In this document: piece by piece, positions 1-8,152 of the stretch | Numbering within the stretch: the stretch's first letter is position 1 | How the letters are laid out: the number at the start of each line of letters is the position of its first letter | Origin: an uncultured archaeon | GTDB lineage: Archaea; Asgardarchaeota; Jordiarchaeia; Jordiarchaeales; Jordiarchaeaceae | DNA length: 28,593 nucleotides | Assembly: GCA_964510585.1 (NCBI GenBank) | Contig: CAZECW010000054.1 | Location: 1-28,593 of the forward strand | Direction: 5' to 3' | Position numbers and translations under genes: made by a program | The notes under the pieces: model-generated | What the model saw: the letters and a program-made list of their open reading frames with translations, nothing else | Told to the model about the DNA's origin: nothing | Database searches by the model: none

Positions 1-140
1 CCCCCATGAGGGTGCCAACATAGACGCCGTTCCCTTTGAGGGAAGGGCGTGTTAACTGGGTGATGGCACACCCATTGCTTCGAAGGCTCCCGATGAGCCA
101 GAAGCAAGAATCTCCCGACTTTAGTCGCGGAGAGTGTCAA
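1..140 (+). mobile_element. IS200/IS605-family right end with degenerate tnpB 3' end (omegaRNA scaffold region), truncated by window edge
   Basis: Subterminal hairpin TCTCC-CGACT-TT-AGTCG-C-GGAGA (111-133) followed by GTGTCAA ending at 140; TCAA is the typical right-end cleavage motif. Shares TTAACTGGGTGATGGCACACCCATTG and the terminal ~36 nt with the copy at the other end. The peptide NIDAV...(frameshift)...VNWVMAHPL matches the TnpB tail of that copy. Confidence 0.88.
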
Positions 141-248
141 AGGCAAACAAAAATAGTTAAATAAAAAACCTTTTCCAATATATGTGGGCAAAAAATAAAA
201 ATAGCTAAACAGAGATTCTATTATTAGATTAAGACCGGAGGAAAGCAA

Positions 249-785
249 ATGAAAAGCCTAGGGTTCGTTTTCAAAATAGTCGTAGTGGGTGACGGAGCAG
301 TAGGAAAAACTTCACTCATAAAACAGTGGACAGAGGGCTCATTCAGAACAGACTACATTATGACCATAGGTTCGAATTTTGCTGTTAAAAGTTTGGTTAT
401 TGATGATAAGCCTGTTAAGTTGCAGATTTGGGATTTGGCGGGGCAGCCGCATTTTAGTGATGTTCGGGTTTTATTTTATAAGGGTGCCATGGGTGCAATG
501 TATGTTTACGACGTGAGTCGTACTGATAGTTATGATAATGTTCTTAATTGGGATAGAGAGTTGACTAATATTTGTGGTCAGATCCCAAAGGTTTTGCTCG
601 CGAATAAGGTGGATTTGAACGATCAGCGTAAGGTTAGTTCTGAGATGGGTAGTGTTTTGGCAGCCAAGTTGGGCGATGCTCCATATTTTGAAACTAGTGC
701 GAAGTCTGGTGTTGGTGTGAATGAGGCTTTTGAGAAAATTGCCCAGCTTGTGTACGAGTTAGCTAAGAAGAGGCAGCCCGCCTAA
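249..785 (+). CDS. Rab-like small GTPase (Ras superfamily)
   Basis: G1 GDGAVGKTS, G2 YIMTIG, G3 WDLAGQ, G4 NKVD, G5 ETSAK. GGAG upstream of the ATG. No C-terminal Cys prenylation motif. Confidence 0.96.
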   Translation: MKSLGFVFKIVVVGDGAVGKTSLIKQWTEGSFRTDYIMTIGSNFAVKSLVIDDKPVKLQIWDLAGQPHFSDVRVLFYKGAMGAMYVYDVSRTDSYDNVLNWDRELTNICGQIPKVLLANKVDLNDQRKVSSEMGSVLAAKLGDAPYFETSAKSGVGVNEAFEKIAQLVYELAKKRQPA

Positions 786-790
786 AATTG

Positions 791-1297
791 TTATTTTTTG
801 AAGCCCTTTTTTGGTTGGCTGTTTCTATATTCGTTTTTTGTTAAGCTATTGTTTTTGGGTTTTTTTTTGTGGCATCTTATGCATTCGAATGCTAGGGGTT
901 CACCTGTTTCGTTTAAGCACAGAGCGTCGCATTCACCAAGTTTTCCGTCGCCGCATATGTGTAGGGCTGTGATTTTAGAGGTGTTCGCGCAGTGGTAACA
1001 TTCGTATGCGTACTCCACATTGGACACCCTTTTTGAACTGTTGAGCGATAAAACGTATTTTTCTATGAGTATTCTTCCGCACACTCCACATGCGTAGATT
1101 ATTTCGTCATAAATTACTGTGGTGGGACATCCACAGTTGGGGCATTTTTTATGAGGGGTTTTGGTGTGGGCGCCTAAAAAGTTTTTAGCATTTAATTTTT
1201 GGTGCCAAGTGCACCATCTGCATATTTCATATAGGATGCTTTCCCATTCGGATTGTAGATTATTTGGGAGGTGTTTTGCATTATGGCTTTTCTCCAC
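791..1297 (-). CDS. Multi-CxxC zinc-ribbon/zinc-finger protein, function unknown
   Basis: CRWC, CPNC, CGVC, CYHC, CIRC plus CDALC in 168 aa. GTG start, with an in-frame stop 3 codons upstream. Confidence 0.75.
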   Translation of the reverse strand: MEKSHNAKHLPNNLQSEWESILYEICRWCTWHQKLNAKNFLGAHTKTPHKKCPNCGCPTTVIYDEIIYACGVCGRILIEKYVLSLNSSKRVSNVEYAYECYHCANTSKITALHICGDGKLGECDALCLNETGEPLAFECIRCHKKKPKNNSLTKNEYRNSQPKKGFKK

Positions 1298-1541
1298 ATC
1301 ATATTAACCCATATGTGGAGCTTTTACACGTTGTTTTGTTCACTTGATCCGGTGACTTATTTTGGATGTTTTGGACTTATAAAGACCACAACTTCTGAAG
1401 GGAAAATGATTTCGTCCACGCTCGGTTCCTTTTTATCCTATAATTTTAGTCCAAATGGTGATGTGAGGCGCTTTTTAATAAATGGACTAAATTTGGGGTT
1501 TACTTTTGGCTCAAATTTTTTGTTTTTGCTTGCTCATCGTA

Positions 1542-1889
1542 TCATTTAGGGAGTGTGCTTTTTTGTGTGGGTTTAAAGTTTTGTTTAGGAGTTGTGGCTG
1601 GTTTTTTGGTGGTGGGTGGGCGTCCCATTTTTCTTAGAGCCCAAGCTGCTTTTCTTTGAACTTTTATGTCTTTATCGTTTAGGGCTTTTTTTAGTGGGTT
1701 TAGTGCTCTAGTATCCGCCAATTCTCCAAGGGCTCCAGCTGCGGCCCAACGCACTAAGGGGTTTTCGTCGTTTAGTGCTTGGATTAAGCTTTCAACAAGG
1801 TTTCTCCAGCATTCAATGTATTGTATAAATTTTGGCGTCCCCTTTTCTTGGTTTTCCACCTTTTTCTCGGTGAATGATTCCGTTTTCAT
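1542..1889 (-). CDS. HEAT-repeat (PBS lyase-like) protein
   Basis: Two repeats, LIQALNDENPLVRWAAAGALGEL and LKKALNDKDIKVQRKAAWALRKM. ATG at 1889 (MKTESF) with GGAG ~10 nt upstream is preferred over the overlapping TTG at 1982. Confidence 0.88.
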   Translation of the reverse strand: MKTESFTEKKVENQEKGTPKFIQYIECWRNLVESLIQALNDENPLVRWAAAGALGELADTRALNPLKKALNDKDIKVQRKAAWALRKMGRPPTTKKPATTPKQNFKPTQKSTLPK

Positions 1890-1917
1890 TTTTTCGGTTC
1901 TCCTCAAAATTTGATTC

Positions 1918-2859
1918 TTATTCTTCGTTTTCTTGTTCCCAAAGAGTGTCTTTTGCGCTTTTTCCTGTTCTTTTTTTATCAATATTCAGAAGCTGTCTTA
2001 GTTCTTTGTTCTCTTTGGGGATTCGGAGGATGTTTTTGGATTCCCTTTCATATGTTAGTTTGCTTCTGTTGGTGTTTTGGTTAGTTTTTGTGTTAGTGTT
2101 AGTTGAGTAGACTTTCTCTATTTTTGTGGGTGTTTTGTTTCTTCTTGCGAAGTATGCTTTTTTGTAAGTATCTTCGTTGTGGTTGGAGGGATAACTGTAG
2201 TTGTTTGGGTTGCGTTTGGGGTTGTTTTGATGATTGTTATAATTTGTGTCTTGGGATAGGAATAATTGGTTTTGCTGATGATTTGTTGCTATTTGTTGGC
2301 GTATTTTTTTGAATGCTGCAATGGTGATTATCGAGGGAATCAGTATTAGAGCTATCAGTTCTAAGGCTGGGGTTTGCATATATTGTGGTATGGGATAAGA
2401 GCCTTCAGTGAGGAAATAGTATGCAAGTATTGCAGTGATGGATATTGTGGATATGGGTGTTAATCTTAGGGCCCACTTCATTTTTCTTTTGGCCAGTGCG
2501 GCTACGGTGACTGTTATCATAGTTGAAGCGTATAGGCTTATAAGAAGCCTTTGTGTTGCATGTGTTTCTGTCCAGCCGGGAAGGGCGCTGTAAAACACTG
2601 CGTGTACTGTGAAGAAAAGGAATACTCCCAGGGCGAACCTCCAGTGCTTTTTATAAAAATTTACTGTATTGTTTATGAGCCAGCGCACCAAACGTGTCTG
2701 ATCTCTGAGCATGTAATAAAGCAGGAAATCATGTCTAACCCAGAGGAGGCATAGACAAAAAATGTAGCCTAAGATAAGTATTATCACTATCACTAAGACT
2801 GATTGAAGCAGCGATGCGATGTTGGATAAGAAGTTTTCAAACATTTCCCTAACCCTCAA
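1918..2859 (-). CDS. Polytopic membrane protein (about 5 TM) with long N/Q/T/K-rich hydrophilic C-terminal tail
   Basis: Several hydrophobic stretches in the first ~185 aa, then a low-complexity tail. Same strand as, and close to, its neighbours. The start may be the ATG of MFENF. Confidence 0.8.
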   Translation of the reverse strand: MRVREMFENFLSNIASLLQSVLVIVIILILGYIFCLCLLWVRHDFLLYYMLRDQTRLVRWLINNTVNFYKKHWRFALGVFLFFTVHAVFYSALPGWTETHATQRLLISLYASTMITVTVAALAKRKMKWALRLTPISTISITAILAYYFLTEGSYPIPQYMQTPALELIALILIPSIITIAAFKKIRQQIATNHQQNQLFLSQDTNYNNHQNNPKRNPNNYSYPSNHNEDTYKKAYFARRNKTPTKIEKVYSTNTNTKTNQNTNRSKLTYERESKNILRIPKENKELRQLLNIDKKRTGKSAKDTLWEQENEE

Positions 2860-3029
2860 ACTAGACCAGTTTCCGAGTGGGAACCCTCAGATTTTCCACC
2901 ATGTGTTTAGAAGAGGGGCAGATATGGGGGTTTCCGCAATTGTTTATGATCTCTCTCTTCTTCGGTGAAACTAGATTTGGGTTTTCCGGAATGTAAATGT
3001 TGGGAAAGTCTGCGCTTATGGAGTCTGAT

Positions 3030-5318
3030 TTAGTCTTCGTCTTCTTGTCCCTCCCCTGTTTCACTTGGCCCGTATAAGTCACCCTCAAAATTTTTGTAAA
3101 TGATTTCTCGGCTTTTCCTTAGACGCATGAAAAGTATCGCGCTTCCCACAAACCCGGAACCACTCATTGCGAGAACAATAGGCGTAGTGTTGCTTCCGTT
3201 CTGGTTAGAGCTTCCCAAAGAGAGGCCGAGTAGCGCTTGGGGCTCTGAGTTATAGTCTTCTCCCTGAGTTACCACACTAATTGTTTTGCTGGTGGAGACA
3301 ACAGTGTAGGATTGGTTGAAAAGAAGGAGTACTGTGTATTCGCCCAGACTCTGGGGTGTCCACTGTGCTTGGAAATATTCAGTATTGTTCATCCTGTACT
3401 CCTCTGAGTAGACTAGTTTTCCAGCTAAATCTATTACCATTAGGGTTACTGGGTCTTGGGGCTGGGGCGTGAAACTCAGCCTGCTGAAGTTTGCCGTAAT
3501 TTGGAGGGTGCTTCCCAGTACAACCTGTCCATTTTTGGCGTCGGTTTCAAGCCCGGGCATTAATAGGTGGACTGCGAACTCCAGGCCTCTAGTCACCGAG
3601 TCAACGGTTATGTTGCCTGCATAGGTGCAGAATATGGTATAAATCCCCCTGGTGCTTGGAGTCCAGTTGAGGAAAAACTGACCCGAGCTGCTGGTGTATA
3701 TAATGTGGCTTACGGGGTGACTGTTGGGATCATAAATGGTTACATTTATACTTACAACTTCTTGGGGAGGCTGATAATTAAGTGTCAGCTGTCCCTCAAC
3801 GGTAACTGTGTCCCCTACATAGATTAAGCCTCCGCCTATACCTGCGAGATTTACTGAGAGACCTGCCTTCATCTTTACGGTGACTTGAGTGCTTGTCCAG
3901 TTCTTGGGCAAACCATTGTAGTCTCTAATCCACGCTACTACTTCATAAACTCCCATTTTTTGGGGGAACCATTGGGAGGCAGCATAGCCCGAACTATTGG
4001 TAAAAACGTATCCTACCAGAGTGTACAAGTCGGGATTACTGGTGAAGGATGCGTTAGGATACTCTAACTTGTTTAGTACACTCCACCGAAGTAATATATT
4101 TGAAGCTGCATTGCCCTCTACAGTTACACAGGAGTTTAGAAGAACTCCGCCTTCACCTAGATAAATGGTGCTGGGATTGGCTGTGAATTCAGTTATTCGG
4201 TAATCAGTGGGTTGAACTGTGAAGGGTTCAATGAAGAATATCTGTCCATCAGTAGCGTTTATGGTGTAGCTGAGGCCTGAAATTTGTGGTATTTGGAATG
4301 AAGTGTAAACTGGCCCGCTACTACTTGTGAGTACTTGGTCTGTATGAGCTATGTTTTGGCCGTCGTCGACTACTGTAATGTTAAGAGTTACTCCTCCATA
4401 ACGGGTTAAATTGAAGTTGCTGATTGCCGAGATGCTGACATTTACTGTTTCCGAAGCATTATATTTGTAAAGGTTTGGCAAAATCTGTACGCTGTAGGGG
4501 TTTTTGTTGTGTAGCCAGATTAGCGTGTTTGTCAGAGTTTGCATGAGGCTGTTTCCGTAGGGGCTTTGGCTTATGGTTGTTATGTTGTGTAGCGCCCAGT
4601 GCAACAAGTGGGGATTACTCTCGTATTGGTTGTAGATGCTAAGAAAGTAGTCGTCGTACTGGGTGAGATCCTTTGCTAGGGGAATAAGTTTGGGGGAGCT
4701 GGTTAAGGTAAGGTTATCCTCACTAAGTGGTAAGAGAATGTATCTTTGAGTAATCTCCCCATATAGGAGGCTGATGCTATAATTCACATATTGAGGATAC
4801 TGGTAAACTATATGGTAATGAACATCCCAATTGTTATACTTGGTTGAAATGCTGAGCACATGGACTCCTGTCTTGTTGACGACTTCCCGAGGCGTAATCT
4901 GAGCACCTAAATGGTTCAGGAATATGTAGCCTGCGCTTCCCACGGTAAGTACTGGTTTGCCTATTCCCGCAATTATTTCAGATGCACTCTGATTTATACT
5001 TGTGCAGGAGGTGTCGAGAATTAGGACATCGAACACATCGGCTATTGTGGGATTGTTAACGAGTGTTTCTAGGTATACTTGGGTAACTGTAAAACCTTTT
5101 TGTTGGAGAACGCTTTGCCAATCGCCAAAGTAGTTGTTTGCTGGACTGGTGATTAATAGTATGTTGGGTAAATTTGACTTCTGTGTGGTTGGGTTTCTGT
5201 TAAATCCAAGGGCTATGGGATTCAGGTTGCTTAATGGTGGCTGGTTTGAGATTAATAGGAATCCGGTTAAAGCTAATAGTGATATTGTTAGTAGTGTTAG
5301 GAATGTTTTTTGCTTCAG
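3030..5318 (-). CDS. Large membrane-anchored surface (glyco)protein: signal peptide, flavodoxin/GATase-like alpha/beta domain, Ig-like beta domains, C-terminal TM and acidic tail
   Basis: The frame is open 94 codons upstream of the track's GTG (5036) to a CTG at 5318 with GGAG 10 nt upstream. The extension encodes KQKTFLTLLTISLLALTGFLLI (signal-peptide-like). Many N-x-S/T sequons, beta-rich repeats, and TM IVLAMSGSGFVGSAILF followed by RLRK. Confidence 0.85.
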   Translation of the reverse strand: MKQKTFLTLLTISLLALTGFLLISNQPPLSNLNPIALGFNRNPTTQKSNLPNILLITSPANNYFGDWQSVLQQKGFTVTQVYLETLVNNPTIADVFDVLILDTSCTSINQSASEIIAGIGKPVLTVGSAGYIFLNHLGAQITPREVVNKTGVHVLSISTKYNNWDVHYHIVYQYPQYVNYSISLLYGEITQRYILLPLSEDNLTLTSSPKLIPLAKDLTQYDDYFLSIYNQYESNPHLLHWALHNITTISQSPYGNSLMQTLTNTLIWLHNKNPYSVQILPNLYKYNASETVNVSISAISNFNLTRYGGVTLNITVVDDGQNIAHTDQVLTSSSGPVYTSFQIPQISGLSYTINATDGQIFFIEPFTVQPTDYRITEFTANPSTIYLGEGGVLLNSCVTVEGNAASNILLRWSVLNKLEYPNASFTSNPDLYTLVGYVFTNSSGYAASQWFPQKMGVYEVVAWIRDYNGLPKNWTSTQVTVKMKAGLSVNLAGIGGGLIYVGDTVTVEGQLTLNYQPPQEVVSINVTIYDPNSHPVSHIIYTSSSGQFFLNWTPSTRGIYTIFCTYAGNITVDSVTRGLEFAVHLLMPGLETDAKNGQVVLGSTLQITANFSRLSFTPQPQDPVTLMVIDLAGKLVYSEEYRMNNTEYFQAQWTPQSLGEYTVLLLFNQSYTVVSTSKTISVVTQGEDYNSEPQALLGLSLGSSNQNGSNTTPIVLAMSGSGFVGSAILFMRLRKSREIIYKNFEGDLYGPSETGEGQEDED

Positions 5319-5322
5319 TTTT

Positions 5323-5393
5323 ATTACTCTCCTTTTTTTGGTTTTCGAAAGATGAAGTGTTGAGTATATAAAGGATTACTCTCCTTTTTTTGG
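5323..5393. repeat. Perfect 19-bp direct repeat flanking a TATA box
   Basis: ATTACTCTCCTTTTTTTGG at 5323-5341 and 5375-5393 (52-bp period). Confidence 0.9.
5365..5372 (-). promoter_or_regulatory. Archaeal TATA box for the surface-protein operon
   Basis: TTTATATA on the minus strand ~47 nt upstream of the proposed CTG start, with purine-rich sequence further upstream. Confidence 0.65.
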
Positions 5394-5777
5394 GGGTATT
5401 CCAAGCAATTTTTAGTGTTTTTTGTATGTTTACAAATTTCTTTTTCCTTAAAAAAGGATTTGAGAGCTAATAATTTCTTTTTCTGTTTTTCTCAGTTTTT
5501 AAAAGGCTTTAAATGTTGATGTTTTCGGGGGGTCGGAAAAAGGGGGTGCAAAAAATGTTCAAAAATCATATATTTTTTTATATATTAATTGCACCAGGAA
5601 TAAGACGCATTTACACAATCCCTCCAAAAATTTTCCCAAAAAAATGAGCTTTGCTCAAATAAGTGAAAAACCCAAAAACTCTACAAATGGGAAACGTGTC
5701 CAAAAACATCCCCAAAAGAGACTTAATCCTGATACGCTCTCCCACTATTTTTTCAAAAAATGTTTTACGGGCTATCC

Positions 5778-7217
5778 TTATTCTATTTTTCCAAGATTTA
5801 TTTTTAGCATCTCAGGGCTCCATTTCCAAGTTTTGGTTTGCGTGTCAAAAAGTTCAAGTAGTGGTATTTGGCTGCCCTCCTGATGGCTTCTGAAAAATAA
5901 TTTATATTTTGCTAAGGGGAGAAGTGTTCTGCGAATGGCTCTCTCAAGTGGGGTTATACTGCCTAGAGGAGCTTCTAACCAGCAGGCTAATGCATTCTCC
6001 TTATTTAAGGTTCTCGTCCAGTAGATCCAAGTTTTGGGGAGTCTTTTTATAGCCACTACAAATGAATGAAGTGTGTCTGGGTCTGATTCGATTATGAAGA
6101 GTATATGCTCATTTAAGCCTATTTGATCTATTCCCAATGCGAGCTGAAGTGTTCCCATCTTCAGAAGGTTCTCCCTAGTCCTAATTATGGTGCGGGCATT
6201 GTATCCCAAATTTTGGCTCAAATCTTGCACGGTAGCATTGAAATTCTTGGATAAGGCGTCGATTAGCTTTAATTCCTTAATGGTTACGCCTCTCACTTTT
6301 CCAAGTGGAGAGGCTGGAGGGCGTTTTTTACCCATTTCTTCTGGGGAAAGAACTTTGCCCCAACCCTTGCTCAACACATTGCTGAGGTAGAGAGACCAGG
6401 CCTTCCAGTCTATTTTCCAGTTACCTTCATCCACATCGTAGAAGTCTATAGAAAAAGAACCCTCAAATGAATCGATTATCCAGATCCAGAATCTCGGAAC
6501 TCTCTTCTCAAATTCTTTGTAAACCAAGTTAACTGCTCTGGGGGGTACAGCAATGGAGAAGAAGGTGTAAAGGTCTACTCCTCCGTAGAGTTCTTGTCTT
6601 GAGAGGAGGTAGGGGCTTTTGACGTAGGCTTCTCCCTCCACCAGGATAAGCATATTGGTTAATCCTATCATGGGGTAATTTACTCTGGGAAATATTCCCA
6701 GGCGGCACCGTTCCTCAAGCATCTTTTTGCGGCGTTGGATGGTGGTGTAACTGGTATTTGTCTCGTCAGCTATCTCTTTTATTGTAATAAATATGTTGCT
6801 CCTAACTTTGTCCAGAATCTTTAAATCCTTCGCATCGAGCTTAACTCGGTAATCATAAACCATGTCCTGCAAGATTTGCCTCAACTGCTCAGAGGTTAGG
6901 CTATTTTCTCCGCCCAATCGCATATACTTGTCCAACTGTTTAAGTGTGGAAATCACCGAGGGTATGAATTCCTCACCCATTATGGTGTCTGCCCTAATTA
7001 AATCTGAGAACCTTTCCTCCTTCTCTCCGCCCGGTATTTCCCCCTTATACTTATATATGAAGAATCTTGTCAGAAGTTGCTTTTCCTCCTCGGGAAGTAT
7101 GTCCGGTAAGAACAATTGAAACTGCTCCTCAAGTGAGAGTGATTCAGGGTTTTCCACGGTTTTTAGGGGCTCCATTCCCAAAAAATTTTTGATATTCTCA
7201 AGCTCGCCCAAAAACAT
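5778..7217 (-). CDS. Tandem (duplicated) Lrp/AsnC-like winged-HTH transcriptional regulator
   Basis: Two HTH segments, ITIKEIADETNTSYTTIQRRKKMLEE and ATVQDLSQNLGYNARTIIRTRENLLKMG, each followed by an Lrp-like linker (VNYPMIGL, IDQIGL) and an alpha/beta domain. Confidence 0.75.
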   Translation of the reverse strand: MFLGELENIKNFLGMEPLKTVENPESLSLEEQFQLFLPDILPEEEKQLLTRFFIYKYKGEIPGGEKEERFSDLIRADTIMGEEFIPSVISTLKQLDKYMRLGGENSLTSEQLRQILQDMVYDYRVKLDAKDLKILDKVRSNIFITIKEIADETNTSYTTIQRRKKMLEERCRLGIFPRVNYPMIGLTNMLILVEGEAYVKSPYLLSRQELYGGVDLYTFFSIAVPPRAVNLVYKEFEKRVPRFWIWIIDSFEGSFSIDFYDVDEGNWKIDWKAWSLYLSNVLSKGWGKVLSPEEMGKKRPPASPLGKVRGVTIKELKLIDALSKNFNATVQDLSQNLGYNARTIIRTRENLLKMGTLQLALGIDQIGLNEHILFIIESDPDTLHSFVVAIKRLPKTWIYWTRTLNKENALACWLEAPLGSITPLERAIRRTLLPLAKYKLFFRSHQEGSQIPLLELFDTQTKTWKWSPEMLKINLGKIE

Positions 7218-7432
7218 CCCTCAACAACAAGTCTTACACCTACAGGAAATAAGATTTTCTAAAAAAAAACGTACATAAGCTGCGCTTCTTAGACAAAGAA
7301 CGAAAACATGTTTTTATAGCAAATAAAAAATAGTCCCAAAAAAAGGAATAAAAATGCAGATAAGTAAAAGATCTGCCGCAAGAAGGGTCTTCTGGGAGCG
7401 GGTGAAAACTATTTACACATTTTTCAACAAAT

Positions 7433-8152
7433 TCATAATAGCCTTTTAACGGCCTCTTTTAGCTTTTCCGAATCAATAATGCTAATGGGGTTCAGGTGGT
7501 AATCCTTCTTGCACAGGGCCAAAATTATCTGTGCGTCCTCCGCTTCCCGGCAACCTACCAAATCAAAAAGGGTTTCTGGACTTGTAATACCGCCAACCAG
7601 AAGTTCCCAGAAAAATTCAGCTTGCGCAGCTAAAATTCTCAGCTTTCCACGAAGAACAATTTCCCTTGACTTGTAGCGGGACGACTCGGAGATAATGTTT
7701 TCCATAAGCCAGCAGCGGGTTTTCACAATATCTACGTTTAGCCATTCTTGGTTTTTTAAATCATAGGCTGCCACATTGTGCTTGTTAATTATTTTGGCGT
7801 CTGGCAGGGATGCACAAGAAGCCACCCATCCCGTATCGAACTTCTCTACCAGTTTTTCCAAGAAATCTGATGAAACGCTTGGAGCTATGTACAATATTCT
7901 TTCGGATTTGCTGTTTCTCTCTTCTTCAAAAAGGGCTCTAAGCTCCCCTATGGCGCTCTCGGGCTCCTCTGAAACGTTCAGATCGGATTCCCATAATCTT
8001 CGGTGGGGCGCAAAAATAGCCACTTCCCTCAGAACGTCACGAGTAAGGAAACCTACTAAGAGCACTGGCCGCCGAAGTGTGAAAACAAGTTGTCCTAGCA
8101 CCGCCAGGCCTTTTTCGCTGAAATAGTTGAGGAGCCCCTTCAAATAATTCAC
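7433..8152 (-). CDS. Hypothetical protein coupled to the MglA-like GTPase (possible DENN-core-like fold)
   Basis: The GTG start overlaps the GTPase stop region; 239-aa open frame. The fold suggestion comes from by-eye pattern only. Confidence 0.75.
   Translation of the reverse strand: MNYLKGLLNYFSEKGLAVLGQLVFTLRRPVLLVGFLTRDVLREVAIFAPHRRLWESDLNVSEEPESAIGELRALFEEERNSKSERILYIAPSVSSDFLEKLVEKFDTGWVASCASLPDAKIINKHNVAAYDLKNQEWLNVDIVKTRCWLMENIISESSRYKSREIVLRGKLRILAAQAEFFWELLVGGITSPETLFDLVGCREAEDAQIILALCKKDYHLNPISIIDSEKLKEAVKRLL

Noticed and set aside
1298-1541. Possible pseudogene in the gap between the HEAT and zinc-finger genes
   Set aside because: Only short stop-interrupted frames with no recognisable homology.
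1918-1982. Possible frameshift fusion of the membrane protein and HEAT protein at an A7 run
   Set aside because: The HEAT gene has its own ATG and RBS at 1889, the shift would be +1, and the junction peptide is uninformative.
2861-3088. 75-aa minus-strand ORF filling the gap between the surface protein and the membrane protein
   Set aside because: It overlaps the upstream gene by 59 nt, has no recognisable motif and no clear RBS. It could be real but cannot be supported.
798-5355. Plus-strand ORFs such as 798-998, 1271-1549, 1666-1914, 1874-2110, 2103-2312, 2551-2754, 3567-3827, 3885-4067 and 5134-5355
   Set aside because: Antisense shadows of better-supported minus-strand genes. Their F/L/V/C-rich, membrane-like look follows from the G/T-rich plus strand.
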